Source of the DNA: a virus
Taxonomy: Duplodnaviria > Caudoviricetes
IMG/VR virus record: IMGVR_UViG_3300022719_000071
Span: 1-64,000 of that record
DNA: 64,000 bases
Strand: one strand, 5' to 3'
Positions 10,476 to 18,023 of this stretch are shown here, in pieces. Both the position numbers and the translations under genes were made by a program. A model generated the notes under the pieces. It did not search any database. It was given only the letters and a program-made list of their open reading frames with translations, and had not been told where the DNA came from. Position 1 is the first letter of the stretch. The number at the start of each line of letters is the position of its first letter.

Positions 10476-10847
10476 TCACAACGCCTTCTTCAATCTCTTT
10501 TTATGTGTGATTGTTCGACCCATGCCAGCACGTCGTGTGATAGCACGTGCTTTACGCTGTCTCTTGCGTTGTGCTCGACGTTCCGAGCGGGACAGATGCG
10601 AGGGACCAGTACGACAGAAATATCCACGAGAGAGCTGCTGACGAGCATTAGCCATCAACTGCTGAATCATCTCAGGTGTGATTTCTTCTGGGTTCAGAAG
10701 ATCTTGACCAATTGTGAAATTCTGTGTGGTGTCTTCCGCAAGCTCGTCAGCCTGTTGTTCCATGGCTCGGCGCATCTTTTCCAGGTCTTTTGGATTTGGT
10801 AGATTATGCTTTGGCTCTTCCATTATCGTTGTGCCTTGTAAAACCAT
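10476..10847 (-). CDS. Hypothetical protein with basic C-terminus
   Basis: ORF track; Arg/Lys-rich tail. Confidence 0.5.
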   Translation of the reverse strand: MVLQGTTIMEEPKHNLPNPKDLEKMRRAMEQQADELAEDTTQNFTIGQDLLNPEEITPEMIQQLMANARQQLSRGYFCRTGPSHLSRSERRAQRKRQRKARAITRRAGMGRTITHKKRLKKAL

Positions 10848-11095
10848 ATCATCGAATGCAAACCGTAGCTCTTCAATCTTTGGTAAATTGAATAGTCGAT
10901 TTGATTAATCATGCTCAAAAGATATGTTGACTGGATTGCAAAATCAAGTCACTAAATTGAGCATAGAGTGCGGTGAATACAAACCCGTAGACCACGAGTC
11001 GTTCGAAGATCAAGATAGCGACGTAGGTCCAGTCAATCTTCATATCTTTGTGCGATATTAACGAATGGTTAGGAAAACTACTCAAGTTGTATATT

Positions 11096-11183
11096 CGGTG
11101 CGGGTGAGAGGACTCGAACCTCCACGGGATTTCTCCCAATAGCTTCTAAGGCTATCGTGGCTACCAAATTACACCACACCCGC
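11096..11183 (-). tRNA. tRNA-Leu(TAG)
   Basis: GCGGGTG/CACCCGC acceptor, ATAGC-CTTAGAA-GCTAT anticodon arm, long variable arm, GTTCGAGTC; ends CCG rather than CCA. Confidence 0.95.
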
Positions 11184-11342
11184 AAAGATGACGCTCTCAA
11201 AATCCGGTTCAATAGGAATTTATGGCTTATGTCATCAAAAATCATGCCAGTCCCTGACTGTAGCAGCGTCGTGTACCAAGGATACTGGCGGAACCATGAT
11301 ACCACTTTGACGGTGATACAGCGGCAACAAAGTTGCCTTTGT

Positions 11343-11425
11343 AGCGGGGGAAGGGATTCGAACCCTCGAAGCCTTTCGGCACAGGGTTATGAACCCTGCT
11401 ACTTTATCCTCTTGTATACCCCGCA
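11343..11425 (-). tRNA. tRNA with CAT anticodon and long variable arm (initiator-like)
   Basis: CAGGG-TTCATAA-CCCTG, variable hairpin GCC-GAAA-GGC, GAGGG-TTCGAAT-CCCTT; no encoded CCA. Confidence 0.85.
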
Positions 11426-11440
11426 TAGAGTACAAGTGTT

Positions 11441-11515
11441 TGGTAGCGGGGGCAGGATTCGAACCTGCGTTCTTCTGCTTATGAGGCAGACGAGTTTCCA
11501 CTTCTCCACCCCGCA
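11441..11515 (-). tRNA. tRNA-Met(CAT), fMet-like body
   Basis: TGCGGGG/CCCCGCT with 1:72 mismatch, TCTGC-CTCATAA-GCAGA, ends ACCA. Confidence 0.9.
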
Positions 11516-11521
11516 ATTGAG

Positions 11522-11597
11522 TGGTGGCTATGGAAGGAGTCGAACCTTCTACACGGACCTTATGAGGATCCTGCGTCACCACTTCCGCCTCATAGCC
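11522..11597 (-). tRNA. tRNA-Met/Ile2(CAT)
   Basis: GGCTATG/CATAGCC-ACCA, GGATC-CTCATAA-GGTCC. Confidence 0.9.
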
Positions 11598-11636
11598 AAA
11601 TCGTAGTTCTATTTATAGTGCTTCTGACTCGACAAG

Positions 11637-12110
11637 TCAAGGTTTACTAGGAACGTCATCCAATTCCCGAAGCAATCTTCTCGCACGACGGATCGCTTCT
11701 GGTGAAGATTTGAACGTTATACCAAGCTGCGCAATCTCTTCTCTCAGATCCTCAAGGGTACGCATCGTTCTCAAATATTGTCTCTTTTTGTAACGAATAA
11801 CTTCGGCTCTCTCCATCAATCGTTGTGATACAGAGAGGTTTTGAGCTAAATCATGGAAAGCTCTTCTTCGCTGCGTTGGTGTTATGTATGGTTCTCCGTT
11901 CATCTCACACCATACCCGGTCGATAACTCTTTCCGGTACTATGTGACCATTGCGGTCGTGGTCTATGATGTGATCCCACAAACCCTTGATGGTATTGAAA
12001 TGAACCGATTCGTATGGACTTTCCAATAGATCACAGCACAGACATTCCCAGCCGTCGCCGGTGCCTATGATATACAAGTCCGAATCTTTTCCCTTTCGGC
12101 AATAGCTCAC
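11637..12110 (-). CDS. Hypothetical protein
   Basis: 157-aa ORF overlapping the upstream stop. Confidence 0.55.
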   Translation of the reverse strand: MSYCRKGKDSDLYIIGTGDGWECLCCDLLESPYESVHFNTIKGLWDHIIDHDRNGHIVPERVIDRVWCEMNGEPYITPTQRRRAFHDLAQNLSVSQRLMERAEVIRYKKRQYLRTMRTLEDLREEIAQLGITFKSSPEAIRRARRLLRELDDVPSKP

Positions 12111-12412
12111 GATTTGTTAAAACGCAAGTACATCTGTGGTGTCCGCCTGTTCAACTCCACCAGCGCCTTGCGACCCTCCGGTGACATGTCTTCCAGTTCT
12201 TCACGGGTCATGGGCTTAGGGATTGCATCCCCCTCGTTCAGTTTTTCGAGCACCCAATGACCGATTGCCATCGCCAGTTCATCAGTTGGATTGATGCAGG
12301 ATAAGGCATTGATCCACATGTGATTGGAATTCAGTTGTTCCATCACGTCCTCTACAGTAGTTACCTCGAACTTCTGATTGTCGCTCTCGAATTTGATTAT
12401 GGTTGGCATCAA
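12107..12412 (-). CDS. Hypothetical protein
   Basis: 101-aa ORF. Confidence 0.55.
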   Translation of the reverse strand: MMPTIIKFESDNQKFEVTTVEDVMEQLNSNHMWINALSCINPTDELAMAIGHWVLEKLNEGDAIPKPMTREELEDMSPEGRKALVELNRRTPQMYLRFNKS

Positions 12413-12441
12413 TGTTTTCCCGTATGGAGCCTCAGTGGGCC

Positions 12442-13626
12442 TTACAAGCCCACTGAAGCATTCTCCAATAGCTTTTCACGGCTTGCCTTGCAACCACTAC
12501 GCTCCCACAGGATACGTAGCGTACGCATGGTTTCGCCGACCTTTGGACCCGGTTTCATGCCCAGGTCGAGTAGATCCTGTCCACGCACCGGGAATACCGG
12601 AGCTTCCCACATCTTCAGTGCTGCCACCAAATCGAAGTCTCCGAAGAACCGGGCGAATTCCTCGACGTGCTCACGCACGACGTGCTCCTTGACAATCTGA
12701 CGCTGGCACCAATTTAGGTCAAGGTTCACGAAGTCCTCACCATGCTCCTTGATCATCTGGGTCAAAGCAAGAAGCATGGTGGACTCCACCTTCGACAGCT
12801 TCCAGTTGGTGACCACATCCTGAGCATGCTTGATGTTTCCGTCCAGCAGACCAGCCAGAATCGTTACCGGCTTGGCACCCATGGAGTTAGCGATCCTGGA
12901 AAGTTCCTCGCCATCTCCCGTGATCATCAACGGAAGACCAACGGCGAACAGTACACCAGTCTGTTTCATGTCTTCCATCAGGAAGAGAAACGTTGGCGGC
13001 GGGACAACCAGGATTTTCTGCATCTCCATCCAGATACGCTCGCCAGAGATGCCCCTGAGACCTTCCACGTTCCGTTTGATGGCTTCCATGGTGAACGGAT
13101 CACCATCGACATGCAGGCGACCACAGAACCGAAAGTACCGCAGGATACGCAGGTAGTCTTCCTTGATGCGCTCGTCGGCATCACCCACGAACCGGACATG
13201 ATTGTCATCCAGATCGCTCTGACCGTTAAAGAAGTCATGCACGTTGCCATCCATGTCCAAGAACATGGCATTGATGGTCAAGTCACGTCGCTCCGCATCC
13301 TTCTGCCAGTCGTCAGTGAACACGACCTTGGTATGACGACCATCGGTCTCGGTATCGATGCGCAGGGTAGTGATCTCGAACGGCTCACCGTCCAGCACAG
13401 CGGTTACGGTGCCATGTTGAAGACCAGTCTCCACGACCGTGACACCAGCAGCACGCAAGATGTCCATGACATCAACCGGTAGCAAGGTAGTCGCAAGGTC
13501 GAAGTCCTTGGGGGTCTCTCCCAGCAGGAGGTCACGCACAGCGCCGCCAGCGACCCGGACATTGTTCTTACCCAGAATATCGGCCAGCGTGTGGACTTGA
13601 CTTGGAATGTGTTGCTTGAGGTTCAT
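12442..13626 (-). CDS. cca: CCA-adding enzyme (class II tRNA nucleotidyltransferase)
   Basis: GGAVRDLLLG..KDFDLAT (DxD), EITTLR, ERRDLTINAM, EDYLRILRYFRF, ISGERIWME. Confidence 0.95.
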   Translation of the reverse strand: MNLKQHIPSQVHTLADILGKNNVRVAGGAVRDLLLGETPKDFDLATTLLPVDVMDILRAAGVTVVETGLQHGTVTAVLDGEPFEITTLRIDTETDGRHTKVVFTDDWQKDAERRDLTINAMFLDMDGNVHDFFNGQSDLDDNHVRFVGDADERIKEDYLRILRYFRFCGRLHVDGDPFTMEAIKRNVEGLRGISGERIWMEMQKILVVPPPTFLFLMEDMKQTGVLFAVGLPLMITGDGEELSRIANSMGAKPVTILAGLLDGNIKHAQDVVTNWKLSKVESTMLLALTQMIKEHGEDFVNLDLNWCQRQIVKEHVVREHVEEFARFFGDFDLVAALKMWEAPVFPVRGQDLLDLGMKPGPKVGETMRTLRILWERSGCKASREKLLENASVGL

Positions 13627-14078
13627 AATACGTCCATTATACCATTGGGTGGGTTCATGAGCAAGTCCATTTCGTATATCAATTCTTCCTGGTTTTCGGG
13701 ATTTGGAAACCTGCCCTCGGACAGCCTCATGATGTAGTCATTTCGAAGTCGGGCGTTGAACTTACCTGCCTGCTCGTACAGATACAGACCCATGCAAAGC
13801 TGAACTCGGTCTGCGCCTAACAGAAGTACCTGCTTACGATGCCGGGTCTCATAGATGGCGTATGGAACGTCATATTGCTCGAAGTTATTGCGGTAGCCTC
13901 TCTTGGAAGCCGCTGGAATATGTGCCCATGGTTCTTTTCCCATGAAAAGGTCGATGGACATCTTTCCTTTCATCCCGAGATCACACACGAGGAGATGAAC
14001 TGCTTCCTCGTATGTGGTTACACCATCTCCGACGAAGTGATGACGAATCATGGTCTTTCCTTTTAGAGAGTGGGCCAT
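13623..14078 (-). CDS. Hypothetical protein
   Basis: 151-aa ORF overlapping the cca start. Confidence 0.55.
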   Translation of the reverse strand: MAHSLKGKTMIRHHFVGDGVTTYEEAVHLLVCDLGMKGKMSIDLFMGKEPWAHIPAASKRGYRNNFEQYDVPYAIYETRHRKQVLLLGADRVQLCMGLYLYEQAGKFNARLRNDYIMRLSEGRFPNPENQEELIYEMDLLMNPPNGIMDVL

Positions 14079-14099
14079 CCTTGGCCCTACCGGAGTTTC

Positions 14100-15269
14100 T
14101 TATGAAATCTTCGCCTTCATGGTCACCAGAATGTCCTTCCAGTCACCGCCCAGCTTGTAAATCTGGCTGGCATGCTTCATCATGCGAAGCGAAAGCTCCT
14201 GCCACTCGGTGGCCTTAGACTCGACGAACTCCATCAGTTCGGCAGCCTGGACCGGAGTCAAACCCTCGGCCTCGTGCATCGGACCCAGAAAAACCTGCTT
14301 GATGCGGACCAGCCGATCACGGATGGTCTTGAGCGTAAGGTCCAGGTACAGGGACCGGGACATCAGAGCCTTGAAGTGCGGGCTCATCTTCGATTCGGCG
14401 GCGATCTTCTCCTGGAAGTCAATGTTGGTGATGAAGATCACGGAGCCACTGAACTCGAACTTGTTCGGCACCTGATCATCCTTCACGTCGTCCTCGCTGG
14501 TGATGTCCGGGTCGTACACCCAGGACGACATCTTGCGCCAGGAGATGATGCGCTCGTCGGTGCTGTCCAGAGCGGACTTCAGCAGGTTCAGAGCGTCCTC
14601 GTCCCGGAAGATACCGTCGCAGTCATCCAGGACCACCACACCACCGTCCTTCATCTTGTACAGAGCGTTATAAAGACCCGGAGCCGTGCAGGCACCCTTC
14701 ACCATGTCGTATGCCAGACCATTGGAAGCGTGAGCACGCTTCAAAGCCTTGTCGATGTCCCAGGTCTTGCCGATGCCCGGAGCGCCGAAGATAATCATGC
14801 TGGGCACGAAGCCACTGATGACACCCTCGACCATGCGGTTCATGATGGAGAAACGCTTGGCAATGCGAGTGGAGATCTGCTCCTCGGTCTCGATCTTGCC
14901 GCCGATGCTTCCAACCAGACCCGCCTCGACCTTGGCAGCCGGGTACAGGCGACCCGACACCCGGTCACGAACGAAGTTCTCGGTGACGAACGGGCGGGTG
15001 CCGTCGTCCTCGGTCTCGACCTTGGGCACAGAGCCGTTGGCCAGGAACGCATCGTAGACGCTACGGACCTTGCTGGTCACCTTGGGGGAAAAGGTCTTGT
15101 CCTCGCCCTCGCCCTTCTGAACGGCACCGAAAGCGTGGGAGACAAAAGCCTGCGACACGTCGAACATCTGAGCAAGCTCAGCCTGGACACCACGGCGGGT
15201 GTGATAGTCCTCGGCACCTTTGATGTGATTGACGATGTTGACAAACTCGTTGGCGTTCATGCGGGTCAT
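14100..15269 (-). CDS. AAA+ family P-loop ATPase with N-terminal HTH-like region
   Basis: Walker A IFGAPGIGKT, Walker B VVVLDDCD, sensor VIFITN, ALMSR arginine finger. Confidence 0.85.
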   Translation of the reverse strand: MTRMNANEFVNIVNHIKGAEDYHTRRGVQAELAQMFDVSQAFVSHAFGAVQKGEGEDKTFSPKVTSKVRSVYDAFLANGSVPKVETEDDGTRPFVTENFVRDRVSGRLYPAAKVEAGLVGSIGGKIETEEQISTRIAKRFSIMNRMVEGVISGFVPSMIIFGAPGIGKTWDIDKALKRAHASNGLAYDMVKGACTAPGLYNALYKMKDGGVVVLDDCDGIFRDEDALNLLKSALDSTDERIISWRKMSSWVYDPDITSEDDVKDDQVPNKFEFSGSVIFITNIDFQEKIAAESKMSPHFKALMSRSLYLDLTLKTIRDRLVRIKQVFLGPMHEAEGLTPVQAAELMEFVESKATEWQELSLRMMKHASQIYKLGGDWKDILVTMKAKIS

Positions 15270-15307
15270 TTGGTTTCTCCGGTTCAGTTCCTAACTGATG
15301 GCGAGTA

Positions 15308-15336
15308 TTTTACTAGTTTTGTGATAATTCGTCAAG
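15308..15336 (-). promoter_or_regulatory. sigma70-like promoter for the AAA ATPase gene
   Basis: Minus strand TTGACG-17-TAAAAT, immediately after the last CRISPR repeat. Confidence 0.7.
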
Positions 15337-15354
15337 TGAACTACGTCACACTTT

Positions 15355-15821
15355 GTCTCAACTACTAAGCGGCTGAGCACGCATTTCAACTAGAGCCAGA
15401 TTCTGCTACCCATGTGCTTCCGTTACGTCTCAACTACTAAGCGGCTGAGCACGCATTTCAACGTGATTCCCTGAACAGGCTGCTTGTTGGTAATTGTTGT
15501 CTCAACTACTAAGCGGCTGAGCACGCATTTCAACGCCAATAGAAGAATAGGCTCTCCCTCCTCATGTACGTCTCAACTACTAAGCGGCTGAGCACGCATT
15601 TCAACGAATAGTTGCGATCATCGAATCCATCACAAAGCGATGTCTCAACTACTAAGCGGCTGAGCACGCATTTCAACTCGTATGCTGGTCTTTCGCCTGG
15701 GCAACGTCGTCAAGTCTCAACTACTAAGCGGCTGAGCACGCATTTCAACCCTGGTTAGCTTAGATGTTGCCCCACCTGTAAATGTGTCTCAACTACTAAG
15801 CGGCTGAGCACGCATTTCAAC
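15355..15821 (-). CRISPR. CRISPR array: 7 identical 36-bp repeats, 6 spacers (35-36 bp)
   Basis: Repeat (minus) GTTGAAATGCGTGCTCAGCCGCTTAGTAGTTGAGAC at 15355, 15427, 15499, 15570, 15642, 15714, 15786; hairpin CUCAGC/GUUGAG then AC. Orientation inferred from the cas gene strand and the 3'-GAC end typical of type V handles. Confidence 0.99.
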
Positions 15822-15854
15822 GGCCAGGGTTACCGGCCCTTTTAATTCAATCAC

Positions 15855-17960
15855 TTACGCAACCTTTTGCGAGAGGTCACCAGAACCACGCTTCTTCTTG
15901 GTGGCCACCGACTCCTCCGACGAGCCTAACCCCTTGTTTTTTCTAGTGCGAGCACTGCCCGGGGTTTCTTTCACCACCGGAGCGCTCGCATCCTTTCGGC
16001 TGACTTTTTCCTCGATGAACTGTAGCCCTTCCCGGTCTGCATAATTTTTCAACCATTTGACCAGTTCGGAAGGAGAGACCGTTTTCTGAAGGTCTGTCAT
16101 TCTTCGGGTTCGGTAATCAACCTTTGGCACGATGATGGTTGACACTTGTTTACCGATCTTTACAGCTATATTTCGATAGATATCCGTACGCTGGCGTAGC
16201 TTCTTGGCATTGAGGTTGACTGCCCATGGATAGAGATGCGAGTACCGCTCATCGAATGCGAGTAGAACCGAGAAAGCCATTGCATCCTTCGTATTCATAC
16301 GAAGTTTGCTCTGAGCTTTCTCAGCGAGCAGAGCAATGGTCATGCCGTAGCTGCTGCCATAGCTTCCACTGTCTTCCTCGGAGTTTTGTCCCTTGAACTT
16401 CCCATGGCGATTCCTGGTAAAAGCACGCATTTCACGAAGGGTCGCCTGAAACACTTTCTTCTCGTCCTCCGTAGCGGTATCCGGGCACAAAATTTGGCAC
16501 CAAGCTCGATACGAGTGCCGCATCGCACTTCTAGTGCCAGCGGGTAAACCCTTCGGAAGAGCATCACTCGGATCGTCAGTTCCACCAAGCTCGATTAGCA
16601 TCTGTCGGGCTCCGTCCACATGCGCCTTGATGTATCCCATTATCCGAACAGACTGCTCCATACCATTCTGGATATTGGAGGGAATCTCTTCGTATCCAGT
16701 ATTGCCATTGATATTCCACTCGCAACACTTGATATTACCTGAAGGAAGCACTTCCCAGGTAGGAGTGATATGCGCAGTGTTTCCGTTAGCGCACTTGTTC
16801 TTGAAAATAAGACGCTTCATGGTGACATACAGATTTCCTTCTTTCTTTAGCCCCATCTTGCGTCGAACGTAGTTGACTTCTCGAACCTCGTCGTCCAAAT
16901 CATCAGGAGCTAATGAGCGATGCATAACGAACGGAACTTCGTACCATCCATTCTTGCCATTGCGAATGCTTGCGATGAAGATGTCATCCAATCTCTTCCA
17001 ATTTGGAAGACCAAATCGCTCCAAATCTTTTGGTGTAATTGGACGGATTCTAAATCGGGGGTTTGATCCATTGAGGATGGTTCCCACGCTTTTCGGGACA
17101 TCGTTTTGGCTGAGAATAGTGGTTAAGCTTCCCTCACCATTCCAAGTCTGGAGAGAACAAATGTTTCCGGGTCGGCTTCCGTCACGGTTTCTGTAGCGAA
17201 ACCGCATTTCGATATCGCTGTAGTAGGGAGCCATCTGAGCAGCTTTCCTCGACTGCTTAAACTCTTCTTCGACACGCAGATAATTTCCGAACCATAGACC
17301 GCCGCCTTTTTTCTTGCCAGCAAATCCCGGACGGCGATTGCGGACATTCTTGATGGTAGCATTAATGAGATTATCAATTTCCTTGAGCCTGTCTGTGTTC
17401 TGCTCTCGAAGATCGGACGCTTCTGCCATCGCCTCTTTGGACAAAGCGTCACGCTCCACCTTTAGAGCTTGGATCTTCTCCTTGATCTGGTCGATTAGGG
17501 GTTGGGCTTGCTCCACAGCGTCCGGATTGATCTTCTTGATGCGCTCGAAGTTCGCAGTCTGATTGATGGTGCGAATCTCATCGTAGTGCTCGGAGATCTT
17601 GCGATTCTGTTCCTTGACCCTTCGCTGAATCGGACCCTCGGTGATTTCTCGATACCTAATCACCAGCGGCTTCACGGCATCACACAGCATGTTGAAGTAT
17701 TCGTGTGCCGCTCGCATCTCGTCGTCCGGTGAGTTGTTGGGGACACCGACAGAAATAGGATCTGAGAGGCACCCATACTTAACTACTTCGTTACGGAATC
17801 GGGGGAAATCTTCCAATCGAAGTCCAGCAGCGACGAACTCATCGGGATGACTATGAGCGAGCTTGGCAAGAGCCTTCCGAGCAGAATTGACCGATTTCTT
17901 ATTATCACTGGTCAATTTCTCAGCGGTCTTCTGAATAGTTTCTACCTTCTTCTTGTCCAT
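15855..17960 (-). CDS. cas12m: Cas12m (type V-M/V-U1)-like effector, predicted nuclease-dead and C-terminally truncated
   Basis: VVKYG N-term, GGGLWFGNYLRVE, TWNGEGSL, WYEVPFVMHRSL, RRKMG..LYVT, RTDIYRNIA, VSPSELVKWLKNYADREG all match recalled Cas12m motifs; adjacent to the array; RuvC-I TAHITPTW and RuvC-II IIVPKVD lack the acidic residue. Confidence 0.8.
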   Translation of the reverse strand: MDKKKVETIQKTAEKLTSDNKKSVNSARKALAKLAHSHPDEFVAAGLRLEDFPRFRNEVVKYGCLSDPISVGVPNNSPDDEMRAAHEYFNMLCDAVKPLVIRYREITEGPIQRRVKEQNRKISEHYDEIRTINQTANFERIKKINPDAVEQAQPLIDQIKEKIQALKVERDALSKEAMAEASDLREQNTDRLKEIDNLINATIKNVRNRRPGFAGKKKGGGLWFGNYLRVEEEFKQSRKAAQMAPYYSDIEMRFRYRNRDGSRPGNICSLQTWNGEGSLTTILSQNDVPKSVGTILNGSNPRFRIRPITPKDLERFGLPNWKRLDDIFIASIRNGKNGWYEVPFVMHRSLAPDDLDDEVREVNYVRRKMGLKKEGNLYVTMKRLIFKNKCANGNTAHITPTWEVLPSGNIKCCEWNINGNTGYEEIPSNIQNGMEQSVRIMGYIKAHVDGARQMLIELGGTDDPSDALPKGLPAGTRSAMRHSYRAWCQILCPDTATEDEKKVFQATLREMRAFTRNRHGKFKGQNSEEDSGSYGSSYGMTIALLAEKAQSKLRMNTKDAMAFSVLLAFDERYSHLYPWAVNLNAKKLRQRTDIYRNIAVKIGKQVSTIIVPKVDYRTRRMTDLQKTVSPSELVKWLKNYADREGLQFIEEKVSRKDASAPVVKETPGSARTRKNKGLGSSEESVATKKKRGSGDLSQKVA

Positions 17961-18023
17961 TTTAGTCTCCCGTATCTTAGTAGGTATCCGGCGTGTGTAA
18001 GTGTATACTATTTCCGAAAGAAG

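Noticed and set aside
14100-15269. AAA ATPase as a TnsC-like partner (CAST)
   Set aside because: No transposase or TniQ; it has its own promoter and the early leader motif, and differs in codon bias.
15855-17960. Calling the Cas-like ORF an IS605 TnpB
   Set aside because: Too long, no Zn finger, no transposon ends or TnpA, and directly attached to a spacer-repeat array.
15822-18023. tracrRNA/anti-repeat
   Set aside because: No anti-repeat complement found by eye near the locus.
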